Origin: Mustelus asterias
Lineage: Eukaryota
NCBI RefSeq assembly: GCF_964213995.1
Contig: NC_135805.1
Span: forward strand, 140,244,001-140,308,000
Direction of reading: 5' to 3'
Length of the DNA stretch: 64,000 nt
Of the stretch, positions 50,680-62,345 are shown piece after piece (positions within the stretch are counted from its first letter, which is position 1; each line of letters opens with the position of its first letter). A model generated the notes under the pieces. The model was not told the DNA's origin, ran no database searches, and worked only from the letters and a program-made list of their open reading frames with translations. The translations under genes and the position numbers were made by a program.

Positions 50680-51030
50680 ACTCACGTCGCAGAAGCAGTC
50701 GTCGGCCTCCGGGGCCGTGTGAGGTGGCGGGGGCCGAGGGCGGCTGGCGGCCGGGAACCCCGGGTTGTTGAAGCAGGCGCCTCCGCCCGCCACCGCAGCC
50801 ACAAGGAGCAGCTGGAGATTCAGAGCAGCGCAACTCCGCATGGCCCCGGGCTTCAGCTCATCACACTCGCAGCTCCTTCTCTGCTGCAGCCAAAGCCAAT
50901 CTCTGCCGCTGATAACAGGCCGCCAGCCCGGAAGAGGAAATCCGAGCTGACACGCAGCAATTGCCAGTGAGCTCCAGGACCCAACGGCAGCCCCCACACT
51001 GTAATTATATTAATGAACCGAGCCCAGCGT
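50680..51030 (-). promoter_or_regulatory. Small CpG island / distal ERO1B promoter with TATA-like element
   Basis: CpG-rich at 50685-50990. TTAATATAAT on the minus strand near 51003-51012, about 165 bp upstream of the ATG. Confidence 0.6.
50686..50841 (-). CDS. ERO1B: ERO1B distal alternative first coding exon: MRSCAALNLQLLLVAAVAGGGACFNNPGFPAASRPRPPPPHTAPEADDCFCD
   Basis: gccATG Kozak context, signal-peptide-like hydrophobic stretch, consensus GAC|GTGAGT phase-0 donor, CpG-rich. The spliced junction CFCD|[10 protein letters not shown] is in exact register with ERO1A CFCQ|VSGYLDDCTC. Confidence 0.8.
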
Positions 51031-51189
51031 TGTGGAGGAGCCTCTCTGCCCTTGTGGGCTCACTTTCTCATTCCCACTTACACCTGGCTGCCTTCCACCT
51101 CCTGCCAGCTCAGAGGATGGGCACGAGAAAGAATTTGTGGGGCACTTTTTAATTTATTTATTAGTGTCAAAAGTTTGTCATGCCTTGCG

Positions 51190-51995
51190 ACTTTTGATTT
51201 GATTTGTCACATTAGGATACAGTGAAAAATAGTTTATTGCGCACGATACAGACACAACATACCGTTCATAGAGTATATGGGGAGAAGGAAAGAAGAGGGT
51301 GAAAGTGATCCAGCAGGAAGAGGAAAGAATGTAGTGTTACAATCATAGCTCAGGTGTAGACAAAGACCAGCTTAATATAAGTTTTAAAGTTTATTTATTA
51401 GTGTCACAAGTAGGCTTACATTAATACTGCAATGAAGTTACGGTGAAAATCCCCGAATCGCCACACTCTGGCACCTGTTCGGGTACACTGAGGGAGAATT
51501 TAGCATGGCCAATTCACCTAACCAGCACGTTTTTCGGACTGTGGGAGGAAACTGGAGCACCTGGAGGAAACCCACACAGAGACAGGGAGAACATGCAGAT
51601 TCTGCGCAGACAGGCCCCCAAGCTGGGAATCCCAGGTCCCTGGCACTGTGAGGCAGTAGTGCTAACCACTATGCCACCTTGATGTTTACAGATCACATGT
51701 ATTAGTATACAGTGAAAGGTATTGTTTCCTGTGCACTATACAGATAAAATATACCATTCATAGAGTATAGAGGGGAGAAGGAAAGGAGAGGGTGCAGAAT
51801 GTAGTGTTGCAGTCACAGCTAGGGTGTAGAGAAAGATCAACTTAATATAAGGTAGGTCCATTCAAAAGTCTGATGGCAGAAGGGAAGAAGCCTGTTCTTA
51901 AGTTGCTTGGTACGAGACTTTTGTATTTTTTTCCTGATGGAAGAAGGTGGAAGAGTGTATGTCAGGGGTGCCTGGGGTCCTTAATTATGCTGGTT
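51190..51995 (-). mobile_element. Two Rex1-like 3' fragments flanking a type-2 SINE (51385-51678)
   Basis: Reverse complements of the Rex1-like UTR at about 51190-51380 and 51695-51995, with a type-2 SINE between them. Confidence 0.8.
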
Positions 51996-52379
51996 GCTCC
52001 AAGAGGTTAGTCATAATCACACCTTTAGACATGAAATGCTGGAGGTTTATTGAATGTATTGTACAGATCTTATTATACACTGCTGGCTGATGTATTGTTG
52101 CTTGCTCCGGGACTGGCTGTGGCAGCCTGGGCATACATTTTCCCCAAGATATGTTTTAATCACAAAATTTGTTGAAGCAAATTAAAAAACATTTTGCCTT
52201 GAAAATTACAGAGTGCAATAAAGTTCAACTTGTCTCCACACAGCACATTCCACTCACAAACCTTGATACAATTGTAAAACTCTTGCTAAAAACAAAAATC
52301 TAAAACACAAAATGCTGAAAAATCTGAGGGGGTCTGACAGCATCTGTGGAGAGAGAACAGAACTAACTTAGCACCTGTA

Positions 52380-54700
52380 TCAGTCTCAATTATGTACATC
52401 CCAGGATTCTTGGTTTCATCAACAACTTTCATAGGGTTTCAAGATTGAATCTTGTACATGTAGAATTTGTCCTCTCAACCATGTATTTTCTGGAGAGGTT
52501 CTTTCTGTATAAATTTGGGTCCGATTAGTCTGGATTCAACTGACAGAACGTTACCATCGTCTCTGATAAGACTAATACTGTTGTATTGCTGACTGTGTTT
52601 GTTGTATCTTGTAAGGCCAGTGCTGGATCACTTGCTGAGAGAGCATGTGTAGCTCTTCATCTCTGCTGGTCTCATCTCTAATTTGACTCCATTTTGGTGG
52701 TGCATTCACAAGATGATGCACCTTTATACCCAAATCTTTTATCTCGTGTTTCTCCTGTGAGATAGTCTGCTAGCACCATTTCTCTTCCTGGCTAGTTTTT
52801 TTTTGAAGAGTGAAATTGTAACTCTGAAGCCTCTGGAGGAACCTCTGCAGTTTTGCTGGTGTTCCACACAGATTCTTATTGTAGATCTGTTACAGTGGAC
52901 ATGATCACTCTCCATAATTAACTTTCCCCCATTGAGACCCAAATGGGATTGCTCACATCCATACAGAACTGCCAAAAGCTCTCTTTCTTGTCAGCATATC
53001 TGGTGTCAGCTGTTAATTGGGCTTTGAATGAGAATGCTATTGGCATATCATCTTGTACCAGAGCTGCAAGTTTCTTTCCATTGTAGTATTACTGACTTGT
53101 CTCCTTCATTATTACTTTCTTGAGCTTGTTGGAACTTCACTCATGTGACTTCGATCACTGGCATTCAACATCCCCTTTCATCAGCTGTGTTCTGATATGT
53201 GAGATATGAAAGAATTCAAGCCAAGGAAACTTCTCAGCTCTTTATCTCTCGGAGCTTCCAGGTCCGAGATCGCTGTGACTTTTTCTGGGCTCAGTTTGAC
53301 TTTGTCAGGTGTGTACACCATTCTGAAGAACTTGCATTCTGTCACGTTCACAATTTATTTGTCTGTGTTTAGATTTATCCCAGCTTTCCTGGTTCTCTCC
53401 AGGGCTTCATGTAGATGGTAGTCATGATCATCTTCATCTACAATGTAGATCTGGATAGCACCAGTTATGCCGACTGCTGTGGCACATCTTCCGTAAGTCT
53501 CATCTACTTTCAGTTGGAACACTTTAAGGCCAAAATGTAAATGCAGGAATTTGCACCAACTAAAGGATATATTGAATGTTGTTAATAGCAAAGATTTCTT
53601 CTCAAGTGTCACACTCCAGTAGCCATTTCTGGGATCAAGTTTGTTGATATCTTCTGCCTCTACCAGTTCTGGCATGATATCTTCCGGTGTTGGAATAGAG
53701 TAGCAATTTATTTTTATTGCTTAAAAGATTTTTGGGATTATAGGCTGTTCATTTGTCACAACAATAGAATTTACCCAATCCGTTGGCTCTGTGACTCTGG
53801 CAATCACTTTCTTTTCTTCCATCTCTTGGAGCTCTCTTTCAGGTTTTCCTTTTCGCTGTACTGTTACTTTATAGGAGGGAAAACCACTGGTTTCCTTGCC
53901 GGGTCTATTGTGATGTGATATTCAAAATCTTTAAAGTATCCAACTATCTCATCAAAACAGTTTGGTTACATTTATATTGGATCTTCCTTGCTTCTGATGG
54001 GAAGGTACTTTTAAATGGGTGTACTATCATCAATCCTCAGTGAGACCTCCTTCATCTCATGATTTATTGTGGTAGGCTGCAGTCTTTCACAACTCCTCAA
54101 CCCCAGAATAGCAGGTCTGTCTGTTTCAGTGATGTAGACACAGTAAGATGTCACAGTAAGTCTCCACATCAGTGATGTAGAACAGACTGTTAACATGCTT
54201 TCCTTTGAATCCCCCTCTAATTTGGGTTGTTGGTAGTTGTTGAAACTCAGTTCCACCACATGCCTTCAGCATGACATTACTTGGTTTCAGAACATCATTT
54301 TTTGGGTAACGATTTTCTTCTAAATTTTCAGGAGCAATCTTGTCTGAGCGGGCTGATGTCACTCTGTGCTCAAGTATCAAGCTTCAGATTTACACGGCCT
54401 TATTTCACATCACCTTTCTTATCCCAACAGTTGGATACATTTTTGGTAACTGTCACATCTAGACATTTTATGCAGTTGAATGGTCTATGTCTAAGGTGTT
54501 CTCAAACCCATTGTCATCTTACAGCGTATGGATGTTTTGGTTTCTTTTCTTATTCGCCCTGTTGCTCTGCCGCATTTACCGTCTTCTTCCTTTCTTCTGC
54601 ACATCTTTCCCCAAAGGGTCCAATGTAAGAAGAGTTTAGGCAGTCTCCACTGAATTCTCAGTAGGAATAGACCTATACAAAACAAACTTCACTTTAGCAC
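52380..54700 (-). mobile_element. Degenerate Gypsy-like LTR retrotransposon internal region
   Basis: RT remnant KLDPRNGYWSVTLEKKSLLLTTFN..FLHLHFGLKVFQ. No LTR pair found. Confidence 0.7.
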
Positions 54701-55715
54701 CATTAGCAACCCAGTGAGTTAAACAACATAATGATAGTTTCTGCTCATCCTCTAGGCAAGGCTACTCCGCTGTTGTGGAAAATCACACTCGTTTGTGAAA
54801 AGCCAGAGTTTGTTCACAGGTGTGATCTCTGATGCAGAAACATCAAGAGTAAAGCCTAAAAATAACTGTGCAAGTTGTCGAGGTTAATAAGGAACAAACA
54901 AGAAAGGATTTATTCTTATTATACTTAGAATCCCAGAGTCCCTACAGTGCAGAAGGAGGCCATTTGGCCCATCAAGTCTGCACCAACAACAATCCCACCC
55001 AGGCCCCATCCCCGCAACCCTACGCATTTACCCCACTAATCCCTCTAACCGATGCATCCCAGGACACTAAGGGGACAAGATTAAAGAAGTGCAACAGCTA
55101 TTGCTGCTGGTACATTTGTATAGCTCAAAGGTGAATGCATTTAATCTTGTCAAATTTTATTTGATAACATTCTATGGAGCACTTTGAGATGGGTTACCAC
55201 CCCAAAGACATTACAGAAATGCAAACTGTTTAGTCTTGCAGCTGATTCTGTAAAATCCTTGAAAAATAAATTAATTTGCAAGAGTGGAATTCATTTATAT
55301 TTAATTTCACAGGCCTGTTTTCTCCAGTTGAAATTATTCTTTTGTTGTGCCTGATTCAACCCTGAAGAGATTAAATTTAAGACAACTTGGAGTAAAGATT
55401 GAAGATGATGAATAAGAATGGTTCGATCAAGCAGACGCAGCATGGATTCATGAAGGGAAAGTCGTGTTTGACGAATCTACTGGACTTTTGTGAAGATGTC
55501 ACTAGTGCGGTTGACAGAGGGGAACCGGTGGATGTGGTGTTTTTAGATTTCCAGAAGGCGTTCGATAAGGTGCCTCACAAAAGGTTGCTGCAGAAGATTG
55601 GGGTACACGGAGTTAGGGGTATGGTGTTGGTGTGGATTGGGGATTTGCTATCTAACAGGATAAGAAGTTTAACAACACCAGGTTAAAGTCCAACAGGTTT
55701 ATTTGGTAGCAAAAG

Positions 55716-55761
55716 CCACACAAGCTTTCGGAGCTCTAAGCCCCTTCTTCAGGTGAGTGGG
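55716..55761 (-). ncRNA. Minimal hammerhead ribozyme (inverted arm copy)
   Basis: Reverse complement of 56441-56486. Confidence 0.72.
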
Positions 55762-56440
55762 AATTCTGTTCACAAACAGAGCATATAAAGACACAAACTC
55801 AATTTACATGAATAATGGTTGGAATGCAAATACTTACAACTAATCAAGTCTTTAAGAAACAAAACAATGTGAGTGGAGAGAGCATCAAGACAGGCTAAAA
55901 AGATATGTATTGTCTCCAGACAAGACAGCCAGTGAAACTCTGCAGGTCTAGGCAACTGTGGGGGTTACAAATAGTGTGACATGACCCCAATATCCCGGTT
56001 GAGGCCGTCCTCGTGTGTGCGGAACTTGGCTATCAGTTTCTGCTCAGCGACTCTGCGCTGTCGTGTGTCGCGAAGGCCGCCTTGGAGAACGCTTACCCGA
56101 ATATCAGAGGCCGAATGGCATTGTTTTTCCCGCTCCCACGACAGCGCAGAGTCGCTGAGCAGAAACTGATAGCCAAGTTCCGCACACACGAGGACGGCCT
56201 CAACCGGGATATTGGGGTCATGTCACACTATTTGTAACCCCCACAGTTGCCTAGACCTGCAGAGTTTCACTGGCTGTCTTGTCTGGAGACAATACATATC
56301 TTTTTAGCCTGTCTTGATGCTCTCTCCACTCACATTGTTTTGTTTCTTAAAGACTTGATTAGTTGTAAGTATTCGCATTCCAACCATTATTCATGTAAAT
56401 TGAGTTTGTGTCTTTATATGCTCTGTTTGTGAACAGAATT

Positions 56441-56486
56441 CCCACTCACCTGAAGAAGGGGCTTAGAGCTCCGAAAGCTTGTGTGG
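56441..56486 (+). ncRNA. Minimal type I hammerhead ribozyme
   Basis: CAC-CUGAAGA-A-GGGGC(UUAGA)GCUCC-GAAA-GC-UU^GUG. Predicted cleavage at 56480|56481. Palindromic AAGCUU at stem III. Confidence 0.75.
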
Positions 56487-59395
56487 CTTTTGCTACCAAA
56501 TAAACCTGTTGGACTTTAACCTGGTGTTGTTAAACTTCTTACTGTGTTTACCCCAGTCCAACGCCGGCATCTCCACATCATATCTAACAGGGAGCAGAGA
56601 GTTGGGATAAATGGGTGCTTTTCTGGTTGGCAGTTGGTGACCAGTGGCGTGCCGCAGGGATTGGTGCTGGGGCCTCAATTGTTTACCATTTACATAGATG
56701 ATCTGGAGGAGGGGACTGAATCTAGGGTATTCAAGTTTGCTGATGACACGAAGGTGAGTGGGAAAGCGAATTGCGTGGAGGACGCGGAAAGTCTGCAGAG
56801 AGATTTGGATAGGCTGAGCGAGTGGGCGAGGATCTGGCAGATGGAATATAATGTTAGCAAATGTGAGGTTATCCACTTTGGAAGAAATAATAGTAAATTG
56901 GAATATTATTTAAATGGAGAAAAATTACATCGTGCGACTGTGCAGAGGGACCTGGGGGTCCTTGTGCACGAATCGCAAAAACCCAGTCTGCAGGTGCAGC
57001 AGGTGATCAAGAAGGCGAATGGAATGTTGGCCTTTATCGCGAGGGAGATAGAATACAAAAGCAGGGAGGTCTTGCTGCAACTGTCCAAGGCACTGGTGAG
57101 GCCGCAACTGGAGTACTGTGTGCAGTTTTGGTCCCCTTATTTGCGAAAGGATATATTGGCCTTGGAGGGAGTGCAGAGAAGGTTCACCAGGTTGATACCG
57201 GAGATGAGGGGTGTCGCTTATGAGGAGAGATTAAACAGATTGGGTCTGTACTCTTTGGAGTTTAGAAGGATGAGGGGTGATCTTATAGAGACATATAGGA
57301 TAATGAAGGGGCTGGATAGGGTAGAGGTGGAGAGATTCTTTCCACTTAGAAGGGAAACCAGAACTAGAGGGCACAGCCTCAAAATAAGGGGGGGCCGGTT
57401 CAGAACAGAGTTGAGGGGGAACTTCTTCTCTCAGAGGGTAGTGAATCTCTGGAATTCTCTGCCCATTGAAGTGGTGGAGGCTTCCTCGTTGAATATGTTT
57501 AAATCACGGGTAGATAGTTTTCTGATCGATAAGGGAATTAGGGGATATGGGGAGCAGGCGGGTAAGTGGAACTGATTCGCTTCAGATCAGCCATGATCTT
57601 GTTGAATGGGGGGGCAGGCTCGAAGGGCCAGATGGCCTACTCCTGCTCCTGTTTCTTATGTTCTTATGAAGAATGATAAGCAAGAAGTCAAGAAAAGACA
57701 TCATTGAAACAATTGAACTGTTCAACATTCTATCTAACCTACCACTATAAAAAAGGCCAGAGGGTAGAAGTTGATCTCTGTCTATTTCTGGAACTGAAAT
57801 GATTGACATGCTCCAAGAACACATTTGAAGCTAACCTGAAATTGGGCCTCCATCTCACATTAAGAATTACAGCAAGCTCCAGAAATGGCTCAAATAAAAG
57901 AGCCATTCCAGGGATGGCTCGCCAGTTGCCATCAGATCTCCAGCAGTGATCCCAAGGTAAATCCTGGGGTGGGAGGGAGAGGGTGATGGTGTTCAGACAG
58001 TAGGGGCATAGCACAAGCTAGCATAAAAATAAATATGGAGAGATTTATATATCACTTGGCGGCAGTCTCTTTAAGGGTTGCAGTTTAGGTCACATTAGGA
58101 ACCAAGAAACTAAGAAGCATGGGGCAGACTGCTCCTCTCCCAATAATTTAATGCAAAGGTCGATAAACAGGTAATATGGCTTTTTGAATACATTAGTAAG
58201 ATGACCACATCGGTAATAGTCTGCCAGCAGGAATATCACTCCTTCCAATACGGGGCTAATGTATTGCAGAATAGGACATTGCACTCCAACACTCCTTCAT
58301 TTTGATCTTATTTCCATACAAAGCCACATTTTAATCTTAATTCTCCTGTATATTTTACAATTAAAAAACAATTTCAGACTTAACCTGAAAGTACATTTAG
58401 GCTATTTTACACTTTGAATTCTGCTAGATAAGAAGACTAATCAACTGGAAAATGTTTGTTTAGTTCAATCCAACTTATGCCAAGATATTGGCCCATAACT
58501 CCTGCCTAGCGGGGCAATTTAGCATGGCCAATCAACCTAACCCACACATTTTTGGAGTGTGGAAAGAAACTGGAGCACCTGGAGGAAACCCATGCAGACA
58601 CAGTAGAACATGTAAATGCCACACAGTCATCCATTGGCCGCCAACAATAGGTGAACTTCTTGAGTGCTTACCTGCATTGGAAAATTGCTATCTAACTTCC
58701 AATGGGAGCAACAGCCTTTGGCCTGCAGCAGGACAAACTCCACAGAGGCCCCAGTGTGGCGCAGGACTCTAGCAACACCCCTTATGACAGGGCCAGATTG
58801 GGAATGCCCATTGAGGTCAAGCTTTTAAACAGCAGTTTTGTATTGAAGACAGAGAGCAAAAGAATTCCCTGCTATTATTAATGTAGGTTGAATTTTTCTT
58901 TGTTTTTTTGCTATTTCTTTTAAGTAGTTAATCCAATTGTTATTGGCTCATTTAATGTGTAAGTTTTAATTTTATTTTTATGATTGAAGATGAGTATTAC
59001 TTAATATATATAAATTAACATAGGTTTTGTTTTAAATCTGTGAAACTACTTTTTAAATCTGCATTATATTATTATATAACTTTATGCGCGGCATGCTTAA
59101 AAGTGTTTGTATGTTTTAATTTAGAGTATGGATACTGAAAATGTAATTAGGAAGAAGAGATCAAAACTTCTCTGATCATGATTTGGATCCCTTATTGCAG
59201 GTTAAGCAAAGGAGAGTTCACATTTTGGACTGTGTGTTTATCATTAATTTGTATCATTCTGCCTTGTTTACTTCAATTATGTTATTCATTTATAATTATC
59301 TCATATTTAAATGTTGTGATTTGGTGTTTAAATAAAGCATTTGTAGAGTTTTGTGAAGTTTAATCATGGTCTCTTCTGCACTGCAGTGATTCTAT

Positions 59396-59682
59396 TTGGC
59401 CCATTGAGCCTTCTCCGACAACAATCCCACCCAGGCCCTCTCCCCGTAACCCATGTATTTACTCTGCTAGTCCCCCTGACACTGAGGACAATTTAGCATT
59501 GCCAATCAACCTAACCCACACATTTTTGGTGTGTGGAAAGAAACCCGAACACCCGGAGGAAACCCATGCAGACACAGGAAAATATGTAAACGCCACACAG
59601 ACAGTCACCCAAGGCTAGAATTGAACGTGGGTCCCTGGCGCTGTGAGACAGCAGAGCTAATCACTGTGCCACCATGCTGCCC
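59396..59682 (-). mobile_element. HE1-type SINE (a partial related copy lies at about 58500-58628)
   Basis: Reverse-complement head, central domain and part of the tail. Confidence 0.8.
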
Positions 59683-60429
59683 TTAATGGAAAACATTTAT
59701 TAACAAAAATGTTATAAATACAAAACTTTGATATTGAAATGTTAAATGTTAACATTTAACTAAACATTTAAGTTTAGCACCTGCAGTATAACATTTCGTT
59801 TAATTGCCTCATTTTTTCCAAATTTCTTGCAAAATATATTTTTTCACTTTAACAGAACGGTTCTGTTGTCTTTCTGTAAACAAAGAGGGATGGAGGGATG
59901 GATGCGGGGAGGGGAAAGAAAGGGGGGAGAGGGGGAAAGGAAAGGGGGGGAAGGGACCGTTTGGACATATTAGTTGGACATTTTACATGTAGCCTGACTC
60001 TTCTCTAATGATCTCTGTGCCTACATCAAAGCCTCAAAAGAACTTCAGTGATTTTAAGAATCCAAGCTATAAGTGTGATGTACCAGCAGTGGAACATGGC
60101 CCCAGATTTTCAATCTGCATTGGATTCTGCAATATCTATCAAACAGGTAGTTCACATCAGATTACAGGAGGCTTGCAAAAGTCATCTTAAGGATTACACT
60201 TTCCTAAAGCATTTGGAATAACCAAGTTGCATACCTCTCACTGTAAACATAGAGAGGAGTAGGGAGAAAGTAGACGGAAGAAACCTGTTTCCCTTGGAAA
60301 TGTGTTCAAAAACCAGGGTCATAGATTGAAATGTAGAACTCATTTCACCCTATAAAGAGGTTTCTAAGGATCAACATTGCATCAGGGGTTTCTTAAAATT
60401 GGGGATATACAACCTTGCTTAAGATATCT

Positions 60430-62345
60430 TAGAAATGATATAGCAAATAAGGGGCCATTTGGCCCATCTTGTCCATGCCAGCCCAAGGACACCCAGGTGC
60501 CCTTTCTAATCTCATCTCCCTGCACATGGCCCATAGCCCTGCAGCTTACAGCACTTAAAAGTGCAGATTGAGGCACTTCTTAAACGAGTTTAGGGTCTCT
60601 GGCTCTACCACCAACTCGAGCAGCAATTCCACCACTCTGCGTGAAGTTTTGCCCATGTCCACTCTTATCCTTCTGCCACTTAGCTTCAATCTATGATCCT
60701 GGTTTTTGAACACTCTTCCAAGCGAAACAGGTTTCTCCCGTATACTTTCTCCCTACCCCTCTCTATTTTGTACTCCTCAACCGTCTCCGGTCGAAGGAAA
60801 ACAAGCCCAACCTTTCCAATCTCTCTTCATAGTGACAATTCTCCAGTCCTGGCAACATTCGAGTAAATCTTCTATGCGCTCTCTCCAGTATAATCATGTC
60901 CTTCCTGTAATGTGGTGACCTGAGCTGCACACAATACTCCAGTTGTAGCCTCACCAATATCTTATACAGTTTCATCATCATATCCCTACTTTTGTATTCT
61001 ATATCTCTGCCAATGAAGGAGCACATTCCATATGCCTTCTTTACAACCTTATCTACTTGTACTGCTACCTTTATTGACCTGTGACTTACATGCCAAGATC
61101 CCTCACTTCATTTACCCCTCAGTATATTCCCATTTATTGTGTATTCCCTTTTACTGTTTGACTTCCCTAAATGCATTACCTCAACACTTATCAGAGTTGA
61201 ACTCCATCTGCCATTTTCCTGCCACCAACTTATCTATCATTTTGGAGCTGACCTCTATCCTCTACAAAGCCAATTTTTGCGTCGTCTACAAATTTCCCAA
61301 TTGTGCTCCCCACGTTCAAGTCCAAATTGTTAATATATAAAACAAAAGAGCAGGGGTCCCAATGCCAAGACCTGCGGAACACCACTTGAAACAGCTTTCC
61401 ATTCGCAAGGGCAGTCATTGATCATTGCCCTTTGTTTCCTGTTAATAAGCCAACTTTGGATCCAATTCATCACATTATCCTGTATTCCATGGGCTTTTAC
61501 TTTTTTGACCAGTCTGCTACATGGGACATTGTCAAATGGCTGACTAAAATCCATGCTGACAACAACCACTGCACTACCCTCATTGATCATGCTTGTTACT
61601 TCCTCAAAGAATTCAATCAAATTTGTAAGGCATGACCTTCCTTTAACAAAGCCATGCTGACTATCCAACTCGTTCATGTCTTTCTAACTGACAGTTTATC
61701 CAATCTCTCAGGATTGGTTCTAACAATTTCCCCACCACTGAAGAAAGACTAACTGGCCTATAATTGTTTGGCAATTCCTTTGCTCCCTTTTTAAAAACCA
61801 GGACATTTGCATTCCTCCACTTCTCCAGCACCTCAGCTGTGTCTAGTGCATATTGGAAAATAATCCTCAGAGCATCTGCTATTTCCTCCCTGACCTCCTT
61901 CAACATCCGAGGGAACAATCCATCCTGTCATGGCGGTTTTTCCACGTTTTAGGATTCCAACGCCTCTAACACTTCCTGTCTTGTTATGATTATTTTATTC
62001 AACGTTTCACACTGCTCCTCTTGGATCACTATATCCACATCATCCCTTTCCTTTGTGAATACAGAGATAAAAAATTCATTTCAAACTCTTCCCATATCCT
62101 CTGCATCTTCACACAAGTTCCCTTCTTCATCTCCGATAGGTCCCACTTTTTCCATAGTTATTGTTTTGCTCTTTATATACTGGTAAAACATCTTTGGGTT
62201 TCTTGATCTTGCTTGCTAATATTTTTTCATGCCCCCTCTGATTTACTTTTTAAAAAACTTGATCTCTGTACTTTCTGTACTCTTCTCAGCTATCTGCATT
62301 GTTGAGTTTTTTGTGACTATCATAAGCTCTTCCTTTCTGTTTAAT
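60430..62345 (-). mobile_element. Degenerate CR1 LINE
   Basis: Remnants NYRPVSLSSVVGKLLE, QHGFVKGRSCLTNLIEFFE, SGVPQVLALGP, EYCVQLRSPHY. Confidence 0.9.

Larger units (their letters stand above)
55661..56581 (+). mobile_element. Palindromic PLE insertion (405-bp inverted arms + 40-nt tail)
   Basis: Arms 55661-56065 and 56137-56541, one mismatch seen by eye. Tail 56542-56581. TSD (T)ATCTAACAGG at 55649-55659 and 56581-56591. Confidence 0.93.
55408..57668 (+). mobile_element. Young 5'-truncated CR1 LINE with near-intact RT, split by a PLE insertion
   Basis: QHGFMKGKSCLTNLL..LDFQKAFDKVPH, then after the insertion a stop-free run SGVPQG..KFADDTK..WNSLP. cttatgttcttatg tail. Confidence 0.95.

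Noticed and set aside
50686-50841. Distal exon as the start of a separate ERO1A gene, or as a duplicate of exon 2
   Set aside because: No second set of Ero1 exons was seen between 27 and 50 kb, the downstream exons are ERO1B-type, and similarity to exon 2 is limited to DDCFCD.
54115-54190. Short direct repeats (CAGTGATGTAGA x2, CACAGTAAG x2)
   Set aside because: A small local duplication within a decayed LTR element. Not an array.
56544-57575. 343-aa ORF as a host gene
   Set aside because: It is CR1 ORF2 read through from the PLE tail (FTPVQRRHLHI) with a non-ATG start. A 5'-truncated retroelement.
58030-58180. Possible EDARADD first exon (AG|gtaata donor)
   Set aside because: No recognisable EDARADD peptide, and the phase-1 frame has a stop just before the donor. 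No EDARADD coding exon was recognised anywhere in the window.
59885-59955. G-rich purine tract (possible G-quadruplex)
   Set aside because: Simple low-complexity sequence with no supporting context.
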